DNA from: an uncultured Acidobacteriota bacterium
GTDB lineage: Bacteria; Acidobacteriota; UBA6911
Direction: 5' to 3'
NCBI GenBank assembly: GCA_963809485.1
Contig: CAWEJX010000020.1
Location: forward strand, 512,001-576,000
DNA: 64,000 nt
The position numbers and the translations under genes are program-made. Of this stretch, positions 54,352-64,000 are shown piece after piece. Under the pieces are notes generated by a model. That model worked only from the letters and a program-made list of their open reading frames with translations, was not told where the DNA came from and made no database searches. The first letter of the stretch is position 1. The number at the start of each line of letters is the position of its first letter.

Positions 54352-55650
54352 TTGGATAACGACCGCCCGATAAAAACCCAATTTTACGGTTGGCGATTGC
54401 TGGCTGCATTCTGGGCAATCTCCGTCGTCAACCTGGCGTTTCCTAATTACGGATCCAGCGTCATGAATCCTTACATGGCGGCGGATTTGCAGCTGGACCG
54501 CAGGATGCTGGGGCTTCCATTTTCTGTCTTTGTGCTTATGTCCGGACTCCCGGGGCCTCTCATAGCCCTCTTGATTAACCGGAAAGGAGTCCGGTTGACT
54601 CTGGTGATTGGAGGCTTGCTGGTTCTGGCGGGATCCCTGGCAATGGCCCTGTTTGTGAACTCCGGCATGCAAGCCGTTCTTGCCTTCGGCGTCATTGTCG
54701 GCATTGGCGTGATTGCGGGCAGCACCGTCACGGCCCAGGCCGGGATCGCGCGATGGTTTGTCAAAAGGCGGGCCCTGGCGCTTGCCGTACTGTATTCGGC
54801 GAATAATTTCGGCGGTGTCATCGCTGCGCCGCTTCTGGACCGCATTATTTCCGCGGCAAACGGCAACTGGCGGATGGGATGGTGGCTGCTCGCAGGGCTT
54901 GCCTGCTTTTCAACCGCCATTGCAGCGCTGTTTGTGCGCGAGCGCCCTTCAGACCTGGGGCAACTGCCTGACGGAGGAGCGCAGAAAGATCCGGCGGCGG
55001 CCGGCAAATTGAGGAAGTCGGGCCGGTTCGCGGTGCAGGTGACTTCCGAAGAGTGGAAATACAGGGAAGTCCTTCGGTCGCATACCTTCTGGCTGATGCT
55101 GGCTAGCATGCTCGGCGCAAGTTCCGCAAGCTCCCTCTTTCTCGGACAGGGCGTTGCGCACTTGAAGGATATCGGCCACACTCCGGCGGCTGCGGCTCTG
55201 TCGATTTCCGTGAATATGGTTTTCAGCTTTCTGGCGAAGGTCGCCATTGGAGCGCTGGGAGACAAATACGATCCCCGGTATCTTTGGGCCGCGTCTTCGG
55301 CTTCCGCCGGCATGTCCATGTTCCTGCTGGCCCACGCCGGCGGCGCCTTGGGCGTCTACCCGTTCGCGGCATGCCTCGGATTCGGTTTCGGGGGATCGGT
55401 TGTGTGCATGATGGCGGTCTTGAGCAACTATTACGGTCTGTCGGTCTTTCCCTCGATAGCCGGGTTGGGCGTGGCCATTCAGACGACGGTCAGCGCCATC
55501 GTTCCTTACGCCGCAGGGCACTTATATGACAGCTACGGCTCCTATAACGCAGCGTTTTACATCGTCGGAGTATGGGGCTTCCTGGGAGCCATAACGCTTT
55601 TTCTTGTGCGCCCGCCCCGGATTCACTCGCCGGCGCTAGCAGATCGGTAA
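54352..55650 (+). CDS. MFS transporter
   Basis: FYGW start, ~12 TM, RWFVKRRALA, GALGDKYDPR; AGGAGG before TTG 54352. Confidence 0.9.
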   Translation: MDNDRPIKTQFYGWRLLAAFWAISVVNLAFPNYGSSVMNPYMAADLQLDRRMLGLPFSVFVLMSGLPGPLIALLINRKGVRLTLVIGGLLVLAGSLAMALFVNSGMQAVLAFGVIVGIGVIAGSTVTAQAGIARWFVKRRALALAVLYSANNFGGVIAAPLLDRIISAANGNWRMGWWLLAGLACFSTAIAALFVRERPSDLGQLPDGGAQKDPAAAGKLRKSGRFAVQVTSEEWKYREVLRSHTFWLMLASMLGASSASSLFLGQGVAHLKDIGHTPAAAALSISVNMVFSFLAKVAIGALGDKYDPRYLWAASSASAGMSMFLLAHAGGALGVYPFAACLGFGFGGSVVCMMAVLSNYYGLSVFPSIAGLGVAIQTTVSAIVPYAAGHLYDSYGSYNAAFYIVGVWGFLGAITLFLVRPPRIHSPALADR

Positions 55651-55757
55651 GCATCCTCCGCAGAGCCGGGGGATCTTTCCATTAATTGGAGAAAGTCCTG
55701 ATCTCCGGGACGGTCTTCAATAGCTAGAGGTCTAAACCTACACAGGAGGTAGATAGA

Positions 55758-56813
55758 ATGCCGAACAGATATCGAATGCTTGCTTTTGCGGTATTGCTGA
55801 CCCTTTTGACGTCGGCGGGAGTCACGCTGGCTCCGAAGTTGGCGGGCGGACAAGGTTCGAGTCCCTATGCCAAATATTTCGTCTGGGACTACCTCATGCA
55901 GCCCCTGACTCCGGAAATGGAAGCCAAGAGGAAGGAGGACCGGATCAAACAACAGACAACCGTGGAGGCGACCCGCCTGCTGAATATGAACACGAAGCGG
56001 ATCGAGGGAAGCCCCTATCTCGATTTTGTGTGGCTGTGGAAAGGAAACGCGAAGGGCTACAACGAAAAGCAGCATTACCATGAATTCGACGAATTTATCG
56101 GATTCATCGGCACCAAGGGCGGCCAGCAGGATCCGCAGGACCTGGGGGGAGAGATGGAGGTCTGGCTGGGCAGCGAAAAATACAGCATCACCAAGAGCTG
56201 CCTCATTTATGTGCCGAAGGGGCTCAACCACTGCCCGATCCGGTTTGTCCGGATCGACGCCCCCATACTCTTCTTTTCGGGGGCCGTCGGATCGTCCGCC
56301 ATATATAAGCCGATCATGACCGAATTCAAGACGGACAAGGCGGCCGAAAGAAACTACGCCAAATATATTTCCTATGACGTCAACTTCAGCAAAGTCTCTC
56401 CGGAAACCATGCAGAAAATGGGCGAGGCAAAGAAAAAGAGGGGCTCCACGATTCAGTCCACCCGTCTCCTGGACCTGGACAAGGTGGAAGGCGCGCCCTA
56501 CATAGATTTCGTGTGGCTGTGGAAAGGGACCGAAAAAGGCCCCAATCACCCGGAACACAGCCACGATTGGGCCGAGATATTCGGGTTCGTCGGCGCGCAA
56601 GGCCAGAAGGATTCTTACAGTCTCGGCAGCGAGATAGAACTGTACGTCGGCGGCGAAAAGAATCTCCTTACCAAAAGCTGCCTGATCTATGTGCCGCCGA
56701 ACGTCAAGCATTGCCCGATGCAGTTTAACCGTATAGACAGCCCGGTCCTTGTATTTACGATCGGGATGACCCATAAGTACACCTTGCAGGAATCCGAAAA
56801 GCAGCCGAAATAA
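55758..56813 (+). CDS. Secreted protein with two tandem cupin-like domains (paralog 1)
   Basis: Signal peptide; HYHEFDE...HCP and HSHDWAE...HCP internal repeat. Confidence 0.8.
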   Translation: MPNRYRMLAFAVLLTLLTSAGVTLAPKLAGGQGSSPYAKYFVWDYLMQPLTPEMEAKRKEDRIKQQTTVEATRLLNMNTKRIEGSPYLDFVWLWKGNAKGYNEKQHYHEFDEFIGFIGTKGGQQDPQDLGGEMEVWLGSEKYSITKSCLIYVPKGLNHCPIRFVRIDAPILFFSGAVGSSAIYKPIMTEFKTDKAAERNYAKYISYDVNFSKVSPETMQKMGEAKKKRGSTIQSTRLLDLDKVEGAPYIDFVWLWKGTEKGPNHPEHSHDWAEIFGFVGAQGQKDSYSLGSEIELYVGGEKNLLTKSCLIYVPPNVKHCPMQFNRIDSPVLVFTIGMTHKYTLQESEKQPK

Positions 56814-57400
56814 GGGCCGAGTCGGTACGCAATCTTTTTAGGATAGAAATTTGCTCCCGCCTGGCCTTCGGGGCAGGCCGCTCTTCCTGGAAATCATGGA
56901 GCTCGGAAAAACAGATTGATAGAGGATTGAGGGCGAGGCTTCATGCCTTCGAAACCGCTGTGCCCCGCCCTCGGGAAAAACATCCGGACCTACCTCCGCC
57001 TCATTGGGGCGGCCATTACGTTTGCTGTTCTTTTTGTTCAGCCTGAATCTTTGCGAGCACATCCGCGGAGATATTCATCGGCTTGATATCTGTGAAAATG
57101 TACTTCGATGTCTTCATCGGCGCATTCAGCACCTCTTTGCCGGTTTCCCTGCCCGTGACCGGATGCTTGAAGCGGAAGCGCAGCATTGAACCGGTTCCCT
57201 GTCGCAGATCGGTTTTATCCATCGGAACATCGGGCTGCGATCCTTGCCGCATTTCTGCCTCCGGCGCCCTTCTCCTCCGGTCTGATGGAATTCCTATCGG
57301 CACCCGCTTTATGATTGTTCTCCGGTAACCCGGCAGGTGCCCGTGCATCGATCCCTTCCTTTTTGCTGGACGTTGCCCGCAGGGACTGCCGAACCATGAG

Positions 57401-57470
57401 TTCAAATTATGGGACAATTGTCCCATAATTTGAATAATTCTGTTGACATTGTAAAGGATATAAATATGAT
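57401..57470 (+). promoter_or_regulatory. 34-bp perfect palindrome followed by a sigma70-like promoter
   Basis: TTCAAATTATGGGACAATTGTCCCATAATTTGAA 57401-57434; TTGACA 57443-57448, 16 nt, TATGAT 57465-57470. Confidence 0.75.
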
Positions 57471-57666
57471 GCCCACAAGCCCAATTAAGTATTTGCTCAA
57501 CACATCGGGTAAAAAGGATGGATGCCTGCCACAACCAGTCCAGCGCATGCCCAAGCTCGAAAGGACTCCTGCTATTACTGGCGCAATGGTTTTTGGCCCC
57601 TGATACAAGACATGACGGCACGTCCTTCGGAAGCATCCAACAGACATCGTGCGGAGGATAGAAACC

Positions 57667-60600
57667 ATGCATCGAGTTTTCATTGCTGCAAGCTTTTGCC
57701 TTATAGCCTGGGCAGCGTTTGCCCAGTCCGACCGCGGCACCATAACCGGCACCATAACCGATCCGGCCGGTGCCGTCGTTCCAGCCGTTACCATTGAAGC
57801 CAAAAACACGTCCACGGGATCCATTTACCAGGCAGCGACCACAGGGACGGGCAATTACACGCTCGCACAGTTGCCTGTGGGCAGCTACCAGTTATCTGTC
57901 TCGGTCCCCGGATTCAAGAAGTATACAAGGACCGGCATCACCGTTATGGTAGCGCAAATATTGCGAATCGACATCGTTTTGGAAGTCGGCAGCATCAATG
58001 AGACGGTAACGGTTGACGCGGACGCTGCCTTGCTGAGGACCGAAAGCGGGGAGTTGAGCCACAACGTCAGTTCTGAACGCATGGGCGATCTTCCGATGCT
58101 GGGCTTCGAAGCGAACATTCGCAATCCCTATGCCGTAACCCAATTGATACCCGGCGCCGCATATGCGGATAGAAACTATGTGCGGGTCAATGGGGCTCCG
58201 GCAAATACCCAAGCTTTGCGAATCGATGGCCAGGACGCAACCTTCGGACTGCTGCAAAGCCAGACGACGATGGCACAGCCCAGCATGGACGCCATCGAGG
58301 AATTTGCCGTTCAGACCAGCAACTATGCCGCTGAGTACGGTCAGGCCGGGGGCGGGTTTTTCAACGTTACCATGAAATCCGGAACCAACCGTTTTCATGG
58401 AAGCGCTTACGACTATTGGGCTAACGAAGCTTTGAATGCCAGCCAACCTTATGTCAATACCAAGTCACGTCAGCGCAGAAATAACTACGGCTTCACGCTT
58501 GGCGGTCCCGTCTGGATCCCCAAGGTTTATGACGGCCATGACAAAACTTTCTTCTTCTTCAACTTCGAGCAGTATCGGGAGACCAGAATCTACGCCTCGA
58601 ATCCGCAGACAGTCCCCACTTTAGCCTATCGAGCGGGCGATTTCCGCCAAGCGCTAACTGGACGGGTGCTCGGCAAAGATCCTTTAGGAAGGGATATTAT
58701 CGAAGGCACGATCTATGATCCAGCAACAGAACGCATCGTCAATGACCAGCGTGTCCGCGATCCTTTTCCCGATAACACAATTCCTACGGATCGATACGAT
58801 TCAGTTGCGGCCAAGATACAAGCCCTGATTCCAGAGCCCACCAACTCCAATTTAATCAATAATTATCTGGTACCATGGGAAAGTCCTAATATCCGGACAA
58901 TTCCTGCAGTCAAGGTCGATCAAAATGTCGGCAATCGATCCAAACTGTCCTTCTATTGGTCATCCACCAGGATCGATGCGCCCTATAGTGTTGGAAGTTA
59001 CGGCGGCGATGGTCTGCCTTCTCCGGTTACCGAGGCCAAGACAACGTATATCGACTCCTATACCTCGCGAGTGAATTATGACTTCACTATGTCGCCGACC
59101 ACAATCCTTCACCTGGGAGGCGGCGTCCAATATGCTGAGATCGTCGACGACGTGGACGCAGACGATTACGATCAAGCAGCGGAACTTGGCCTCTATGGGT
59201 CTCAAACTTCCATGTTCCCCCGCATGACCAGCCTTTCGGCCGGCCGCGGCGGTATGAAGAACATGGGTGCGATGCCGGGGATTGTTAAGTCAACCATGCT
59301 CAAGCCCACCGGCAACGCCAATTTCACATGGGTTAAGAGTAATCACACCTATAAGTTCGGCGCTGAAATGCGTGTCGAAGGCTATCCGATCCAGATAAGA
59401 ACAACCGCCATGGGCAATTACGTATATTCCGCAGAACAGACCACTCTTCCCTCAACCCAGGGACAGGATTTGAAGGGTGGAACCATCGGATTCCCATACG
59501 CCAGTTTTCTTCTGGGCCGCGTGAGCAGCGGAGACATTGGATACCCCGTAAATATCAGAATGGGAAAAACCGCATGGGCTCTCTATGCCCAGGACAGCTG
59601 GAAGATCAGCCGCAAACTCACTCTCGACTATGGGCTTCGGTGGGATTACCAGGGATATCTGCAGGAACAATACGGCCGCTTCTCCAATTTCTCGCCCGAA
59701 ACACCGAATCCATCTGCTGGAAACCTGCCGGGTGCCGTGATTTTTGAAGGCGAAGGGCCAGGTCTCTGCAACTGTGATTTTGCGGAAGTTTATCCTTACT
59801 CGTTCGGCCCTCGCCTGGGCTTGGCCTATCAGATCAAGCCTCAAACCGTACTAAGGATTGGATGGGGCATCATGTACGGCCAGACATCGCCTGAAAATGC
59901 AGTGTCGTCGTCAGGCGTAGGGTCCAACAACCCGTTCACCTCAACCTCATACGGAGACCCGGCAATGGTATTGAGCGAGGGTCTGCCAACTCCCGCTCCG
60001 TGGCCCAGCCTGGATCCCGGGCTGTATCCGCGGACCGGCACGATAAGCACCCCATCGGTCAATTTTGATCACAATGCCGGACGGCCGGGAAGGATGTTTC
60101 AATGGAGCATCAGCGTCCAGCACGAGATAACCAGAGACCTGGTGGTTGAACTTGCCTACGTAGGCAATCGCGGAGCATGGTGGGAAGCGAATGCGCTCAT
60201 TGATGTCAATGCATTGACAGCCGAACGGACCGCTGAATTCGGGCTCGATATAGACAATGCCGATGATCGTAAACTGCTGACCTCTCAGCTAAATTCGCAG
60301 CTTGCCGCAGATCGTGGATTCAACACCCTCCCCTACCCGACCTATCCGGCGACAGTAACTGTCGCCCAGTCCTTGAGGCCATACCCACAATTCGGCAAGA
60401 TTAATTATTTTTGGGCCCCCCTCGGCAAAACTTGGTACGACGCTTTTCAGATAAAGGCCACCAAGCGCTTCTCGCATGGGCTTGATTTCACCACCACCTT
60501 CTCATGGCAGAAGGAACTGACCATGGGCGCGGAACAATCAACCGGCGGCATGGCGGCGGCTGTCAATGACGTATTCGACCGGAAAACCAACAAGTACATC

Positions 60601-61206
60601 TCGGGATTTTCACGGCCATTTGTGTTTGTGACGGCGCTGAATTATACAGTCCCTCGAATGAATATCTATAAACCCCTATCCTGGGCACTTCGAGACTGGA
60701 CCATCGGTACCGTTCTACAGTATGCGAGTGGGATGCCGATAAAGGCTCCCATTGCACAGAACCAGCTCAGTTCACTGCTCTTCAGAAGCACCTTTGCAGA
60801 GCGCGTCGAAGGAGAATCGCTTTTTACCAAAAATCTGAATTCAGATTACGACCCGAGCTATGATTTCGTGCTGAATCCGAAAGCCTGGGTGGATCCGCCG
60901 GCCGGCCATTTCAGCTATGGGGCTGCCTATTACTCCGATTATCGGTATCAGCGCCGCCCTTCCGAAGCCGTAAGCCTGGGACGGATTTTCAGGCTCAAAG
61001 AAGGGGTCAATCTGAGCATCCGCGCAGATTTCCAGAACATCTTCAATCGGCCCTTCCCGGCCAACCCGACATCAACCAATGCCAAAGCCACGCAGACGGT
61101 CAGTCCAACGACAGGCAAAACCATATCCGGCTTTGGATTTATCAATACGGGAACAGTTGCCGTACCGCCGCGTTCGGGCCTGATAGTCGCTCGAATCTCA
61201 TTTTGA
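57667..61206 (+). CDS. TonB-dependent receptor (Oar-like, carboxypeptidase-regulatory N-domain)
   Basis: AQSDRGTITGTITDPAGA, QTSNYAAEYG, YAQDSWK..LTLDYGLRWDY, C-terminal F. Confidence 0.93.
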   Translation: MHRVFIAASFCLIAWAAFAQSDRGTITGTITDPAGAVVPAVTIEAKNTSTGSIYQAATTGTGNYTLAQLPVGSYQLSVSVPGFKKYTRTGITVMVAQILRIDIVLEVGSINETVTVDADAALLRTESGELSHNVSSERMGDLPMLGFEANIRNPYAVTQLIPGAAYADRNYVRVNGAPANTQALRIDGQDATFGLLQSQTTMAQPSMDAIEEFAVQTSNYAAEYGQAGGGFFNVTMKSGTNRFHGSAYDYWANEALNASQPYVNTKSRQRRNNYGFTLGGPVWIPKVYDGHDKTFFFFNFEQYRETRIYASNPQTVPTLAYRAGDFRQALTGRVLGKDPLGRDIIEGTIYDPATERIVNDQRVRDPFPDNTIPTDRYDSVAAKIQALIPEPTNSNLINNYLVPWESPNIRTIPAVKVDQNVGNRSKLSFYWSSTRIDAPYSVGSYGGDGLPSPVTEAKTTYIDSYTSRVNYDFTMSPTTILHLGGGVQYAEIVDDVDADDYDQAAELGLYGSQTSMFPRMTSLSAGRGGMKNMGAMPGIVKSTMLKPTGNANFTWVKSNHTYKFGAEMRVEGYPIQIRTTAMGNYVYSAEQTTLPSTQGQDLKGGTIGFPYASFLLGRVSSGDIGYPVNIRMGKTAWALYAQDSWKISRKLTLDYGLRWDYQGYLQEQYGRFSNFSPETPNPSAGNLPGAVIFEGEGPGLCNCDFAEVYPYSFGPRLGLAYQIKPQTVLRIGWGIMYGQTSPENAVSSSGVGSNNPFTSTSYGDPAMVLSEGLPTPAPWPSLDPGLYPRTGTISTPSVNFDHNAGRPGRMFQWSISVQHEITRDLVVELAYVGNRGAWWEANALIDVNALTAERTAEFGLDIDNADDRKLLTSQLNSQLAADRGFNTLPYPTYPATVTVAQSLRPYPQFGKINYFWAPLGKTWYDAFQIKATKRFSHGLDFTTTFSWQKELTMGAEQSTGGMAAAVNDVFDRKTNKYISGFSRPFVFVTALNYTVPRMNIYKPLSWALRDWTIGTVLQYASGMPIKAPIAQNQLSSLLFRSTFAERVEGESLFTKNLNSDYDPSYDFVLNPKAWVDPPAGHFSYGAAYYSDYRYQRRPSEAVSLGRIFRLKEGVNLSIRADFQNIFNRPFPANPTSTNAKATQTVSPTTGKTISGFGFINTGTVAVPPRSGLIVARISF

Positions 61207-61242
61207 AGCTAAGCGCGGATGAATTGAAAAGGCATGGAAGCA

Positions 61243-61273
61243 TGTGCGGGCCGGCACGCTGCCGGCCCGCACA
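61243..61273 (+). terminator. GC-rich hairpin after the receptor gene
   Basis: TGTGCGGGCCGGCA-CGC-TGCCGGCCCGCACA, 14-bp stem, no U-tract. Confidence 0.55.
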
Positions 61274-61494
61274 ACAAATCGATTCGGTTGGAGCAGCCAG
61301 ACAGACCTCTCGCTTCATGAAACAAAATCGGATGGAAAAACCGCAGAGAGTCTATAGGCCCTATTCGAACTGGCTGTTACTGCAGCGAATGACAGCGTGA
61401 AAAGCGCGTACAGGATCAACGCAGCTTTATGATGCGCAAAAGAATCCGTGCCCCGCGCCGAAGAATGAACCCTTTCTGCAGGGAGGAACCTGAC

Positions 61495-62550
61495 ATGCAA
61501 CGAAAATATCGAAAAGCAGCATTTGTGATTTTGGTTTTACTTCTGGCGTCCGCCGGCGTGGCAGTAATTTCAAAGCAGGCAACTGGACAGGCACAGGGTC
61601 CATATGCAAAAAATTTCATATGGGACTACCAGATGCCGAAGCTGACTCCGGAACAGGAAGCGCAAAGGAAGGCGGATCGGCTGAAACAACAGACCACCGT
61701 AGAATCCACGCGCCTGCTGAATATGAATCCATCCAGGATAGAAAACGCTCCTTACATGGATTTCGTTTGGCTCTGGAAGGGAAACGCAAAAGGTTACAAT
61801 GAAAAGCAGCATTACCACGAATTTGACGAATTTATCGGGTTTATCGGCACCAAGGGAGGGCAGAAGGATCCTCACGACCTTGGCGGGGAGATGGAAGTTT
61901 GGCTGGGCGGCGAAAAATACTCGATAACCAAGGACTGCCTAATATATATACCCAAGAGAATGAACCACTGCCCCATTAGATTTGTCCGAATCGACGCCCC
62001 CATTCTTTTCTTTTCAGGAGCTCCTGGGTCTTCAGTTTCGTACAAGCCCATAATGACCGAATTTAGCGAAGCCAAAGCGGCCGAACGAAACTACGCCAAA
62101 TATATCTCCTATGATGTCGACTATAAAAAGATTTCTCCGGAAGCTCAGAAAAGATCAGCCGAGGCAAAGAAAAAGAGAAGCTCTACAATCGAGGCAATCC
62201 GCTTGTTGGATGCAGACAATGTGGAGGGCGCTCCTTATCTTGACTTTGTATGGCTGTGGAAAGGAACCGAGAAAGGTCCCAACCATCCCGAACATCGCCA
62301 TGAATGGGCCGAGATATTTGGTTTTATCGGCACCGGAGGGCAGCAGGACCCCTATAATCTGGGCAGCGAAATTGAGTTGCACGTCGGCGGCGTAAAGAAT
62401 CTTATATCCAGAAGCTGCCTCATATATATTCCGCCAAATGTTGCGCACTGCCCGATGCAATTTAACAGAATAGACAGCCCAGTGCTCACATTTACAGTCG
62501 GGGCGACCCCCAAGTACACGTTGAAAGTTTCTGAAACACAGCCAAAGTAA
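61495..62550 (+). CDS. Secreted bicupin-like protein (paralog 2)
   Basis: Collinear with 55758-56813; GGGAGG before ATG 61495. Confidence 0.8.
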   Translation: MQRKYRKAAFVILVLLLASAGVAVISKQATGQAQGPYAKNFIWDYQMPKLTPEQEAQRKADRLKQQTTVESTRLLNMNPSRIENAPYMDFVWLWKGNAKGYNEKQHYHEFDEFIGFIGTKGGQKDPHDLGGEMEVWLGGEKYSITKDCLIYIPKRMNHCPIRFVRIDAPILFFSGAPGSSVSYKPIMTEFSEAKAAERNYAKYISYDVDYKKISPEAQKRSAEAKKKRSSTIEAIRLLDADNVEGAPYLDFVWLWKGTEKGPNHPEHRHEWAEIFGFIGTGGQQDPYNLGSEIELHVGGVKNLISRSCLIYIPPNVAHCPMQFNRIDSPVLTFTVGATPKYTLKVSETQPK

Positions 62551-62698
62551 AGCGGCATTGCAGGATTGGGTGCCAACCGTCTGTCTGTCTTGAAAGGCAC
62601 AAGGATATTGCATATCGTTAATTCCGGGCTCCGGTAAAGCTCTCCTCGTATTGCAGGGTGGAGCAATGGAGATTTTGGGTTCGTTCGGGGAGCCTGCA

Positions 62699-62925
62699 AG
62701 TCAGGCACCTCCGGCAAAGCCGGAGGCTTGAAAGATTTGTACCGCTCAAGGCGGTTGGACTAGTTACGCCGATCTTGAACGCTGACTTACGCGGGCAAAA
62801 GCCGACCCTCGCCGAACCAATCGGCGTTTGTCAGCGCTTTTATCAGCGTTTCTCAGCGTTTCAAAATACGGAATTGTCAAACTCTTTGAGTCCCCCGGCA
62901 GAGCCGAGGGTTTACCGATGTAATT
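62699..62925. mobile_element. IS200/IS605-like miniature element, copy 3 (short form)
   Basis: Matches both ends of 39309-39710 without the internal palindrome. Confidence 0.75.
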
Positions 62926-62996
62926 AACCAGACATGAGCTGATTGGATGCACGATGGGAATTCAGGCTGCTGGATTGTCGGATAGGAGAAAATGCC

Positions 62997-63950
62997 ATGG
63001 AGTTTTTTATCGCGCCGAACAGTCCCGTATCCGTCGTAAAACAGCTTCAGGAACAAATCAAGCTTGCTGTTGCAATGGGAGTGATTAAAAGCGGCGATAC
63101 CCTACCCTCGATCCGCGACGTGGAGAAGCAAACCGGAATCAAGCGCAGTCAAATACATAGAGCCTACGTTAACCTGCGGCAGTCTGGCCTGCTAATTCTG
63201 ACGCACGGGAAGGGGGTGATCGTTTCCACCGCCGCAGTTTCTCCTCATGTGAAGAATGAGAAATGCCGCCAACTAAGCAAGTATGTCTTTTCTCACGCGT
63301 GCCGGTTGGGTGTTTCCCCGACTGCATTTGCCAGATATTTAGCCCAGTACGCCCAGGAAGAAGAGAGTCACACGCCCTTCATCGCCTATGTCGACCTGAA
63401 AAAAGAAATCGCGGTTGAAAGAGCGGCGGAAATCTCCCAGGTCTGGCAGGTTCCCGTAATCGGGTTGACAGCTCCGGAATTGAGGGATGTCCTTGGGAAA
63501 GGCTCCAAGCTGAAAAAAGTTCTGGCGAACCATATCATGCGTGATCAGATCCGGTCACAGCTTCCCAGCAGAAAAATAGATATTATTCCCATTGAGATGC
63601 ATTACACAGAGCATACAATCCGCGAGCTTGCCCAAATCAGGCCCAACTCATCAATATTGCGAATTCTCCCCCCGGAATTCTGGGCTCATGCTTCTTTCAT
63701 TATTGCGCAGCTTCAGAAATGGATTGTAGCCCCAGGGATCCGTATATCTCCCGTCTCGATCTCCACAAGTAACGGATTAAGCCTGGCGAAATTGATCCAT
63801 CGTTCACACTATGATTACATAGTAGTAAATCCCGGCTTAAGTGAAGTTCCACAGAAATTGCCCAAAAGGATGAAGCTGATCATTGTCAATATGCAGCATG
63901 ATCCAGCGTCCCTGGAAGCAGCGAGGATCCGTGCAGGCGTAATTATTTAG
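62997..63950 (+). CDS. GntR-family transcriptional regulator (YtrA-like HTH, extended C-terminus)
   Basis: QLQEQIK...GDTLPSIRD...HRAYVNL...GKGVIV. Confidence 0.88.
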   Translation: MEFFIAPNSPVSVVKQLQEQIKLAVAMGVIKSGDTLPSIRDVEKQTGIKRSQIHRAYVNLRQSGLLILTHGKGVIVSTAAVSPHVKNEKCRQLSKYVFSHACRLGVSPTAFARYLAQYAQEEESHTPFIAYVDLKKEIAVERAAEISQVWQVPVIGLTAPELRDVLGKGSKLKKVLANHIMRDQIRSQLPSRKIDIIPIEMHYTEHTIRELAQIRPNSSILRILPPEFWAHASFIIAQLQKWIVAPGIRISPVSISTSNGLSLAKLIHRSHYDYIVVNPGLSEVPQKLPKRMKLIIVNMQHDPASLEAARIRAGVII

Positions 63951-64000
63951 GCTGCGCAGTCTCACTTGATGCCTGATAATTGAAGCATGCAGGAATAATG

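Overview
Bacterial chromosomal window, probably from an anaerobic Acidobacteria-like genome (inferred from the Oar-type TonB-dependent receptor and gene context). The left ~26 kb is accessory DNA. 1-3795 is a transposon end: Cys-rich ORF, an apparently hybrid IS21/Mu-type transposase, an ExeA-like ATPase, and a DnaA-domain-I/RecA-fold (AAA_25) fusion that the ORF track misses. Next come an ftsK remnant, a UGA-interrupted UxxC selenoprotein candidate and an IS1-like element. An ~18.8 kb island integrated at tRNA-Lys(CTT) carries 48-bp att repeats, a tyrosine integrase, hicAB, a radical-SAM/aminotransferase/GT-C cluster, a decayed MobF relaxase and a PEP-CTERM gene. The right ~38 kb is mostly housekeeping: a frameshifted tricorn protease, kbl, AKR, M1 peptidase, csp, dsbD, murB, lemA-TPM, queD, tRNA-Leu, tig-clpP-clpX-lon-engB and rho. 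It ends in an MFS/bicupin/TonB-receptor/bicupin/GntR locus. Intergenic DNA holds IS200/IS605-like miniature elements and paired inverted heptamer arrays. All family calls are by-eye motif recognition; no database search was run.
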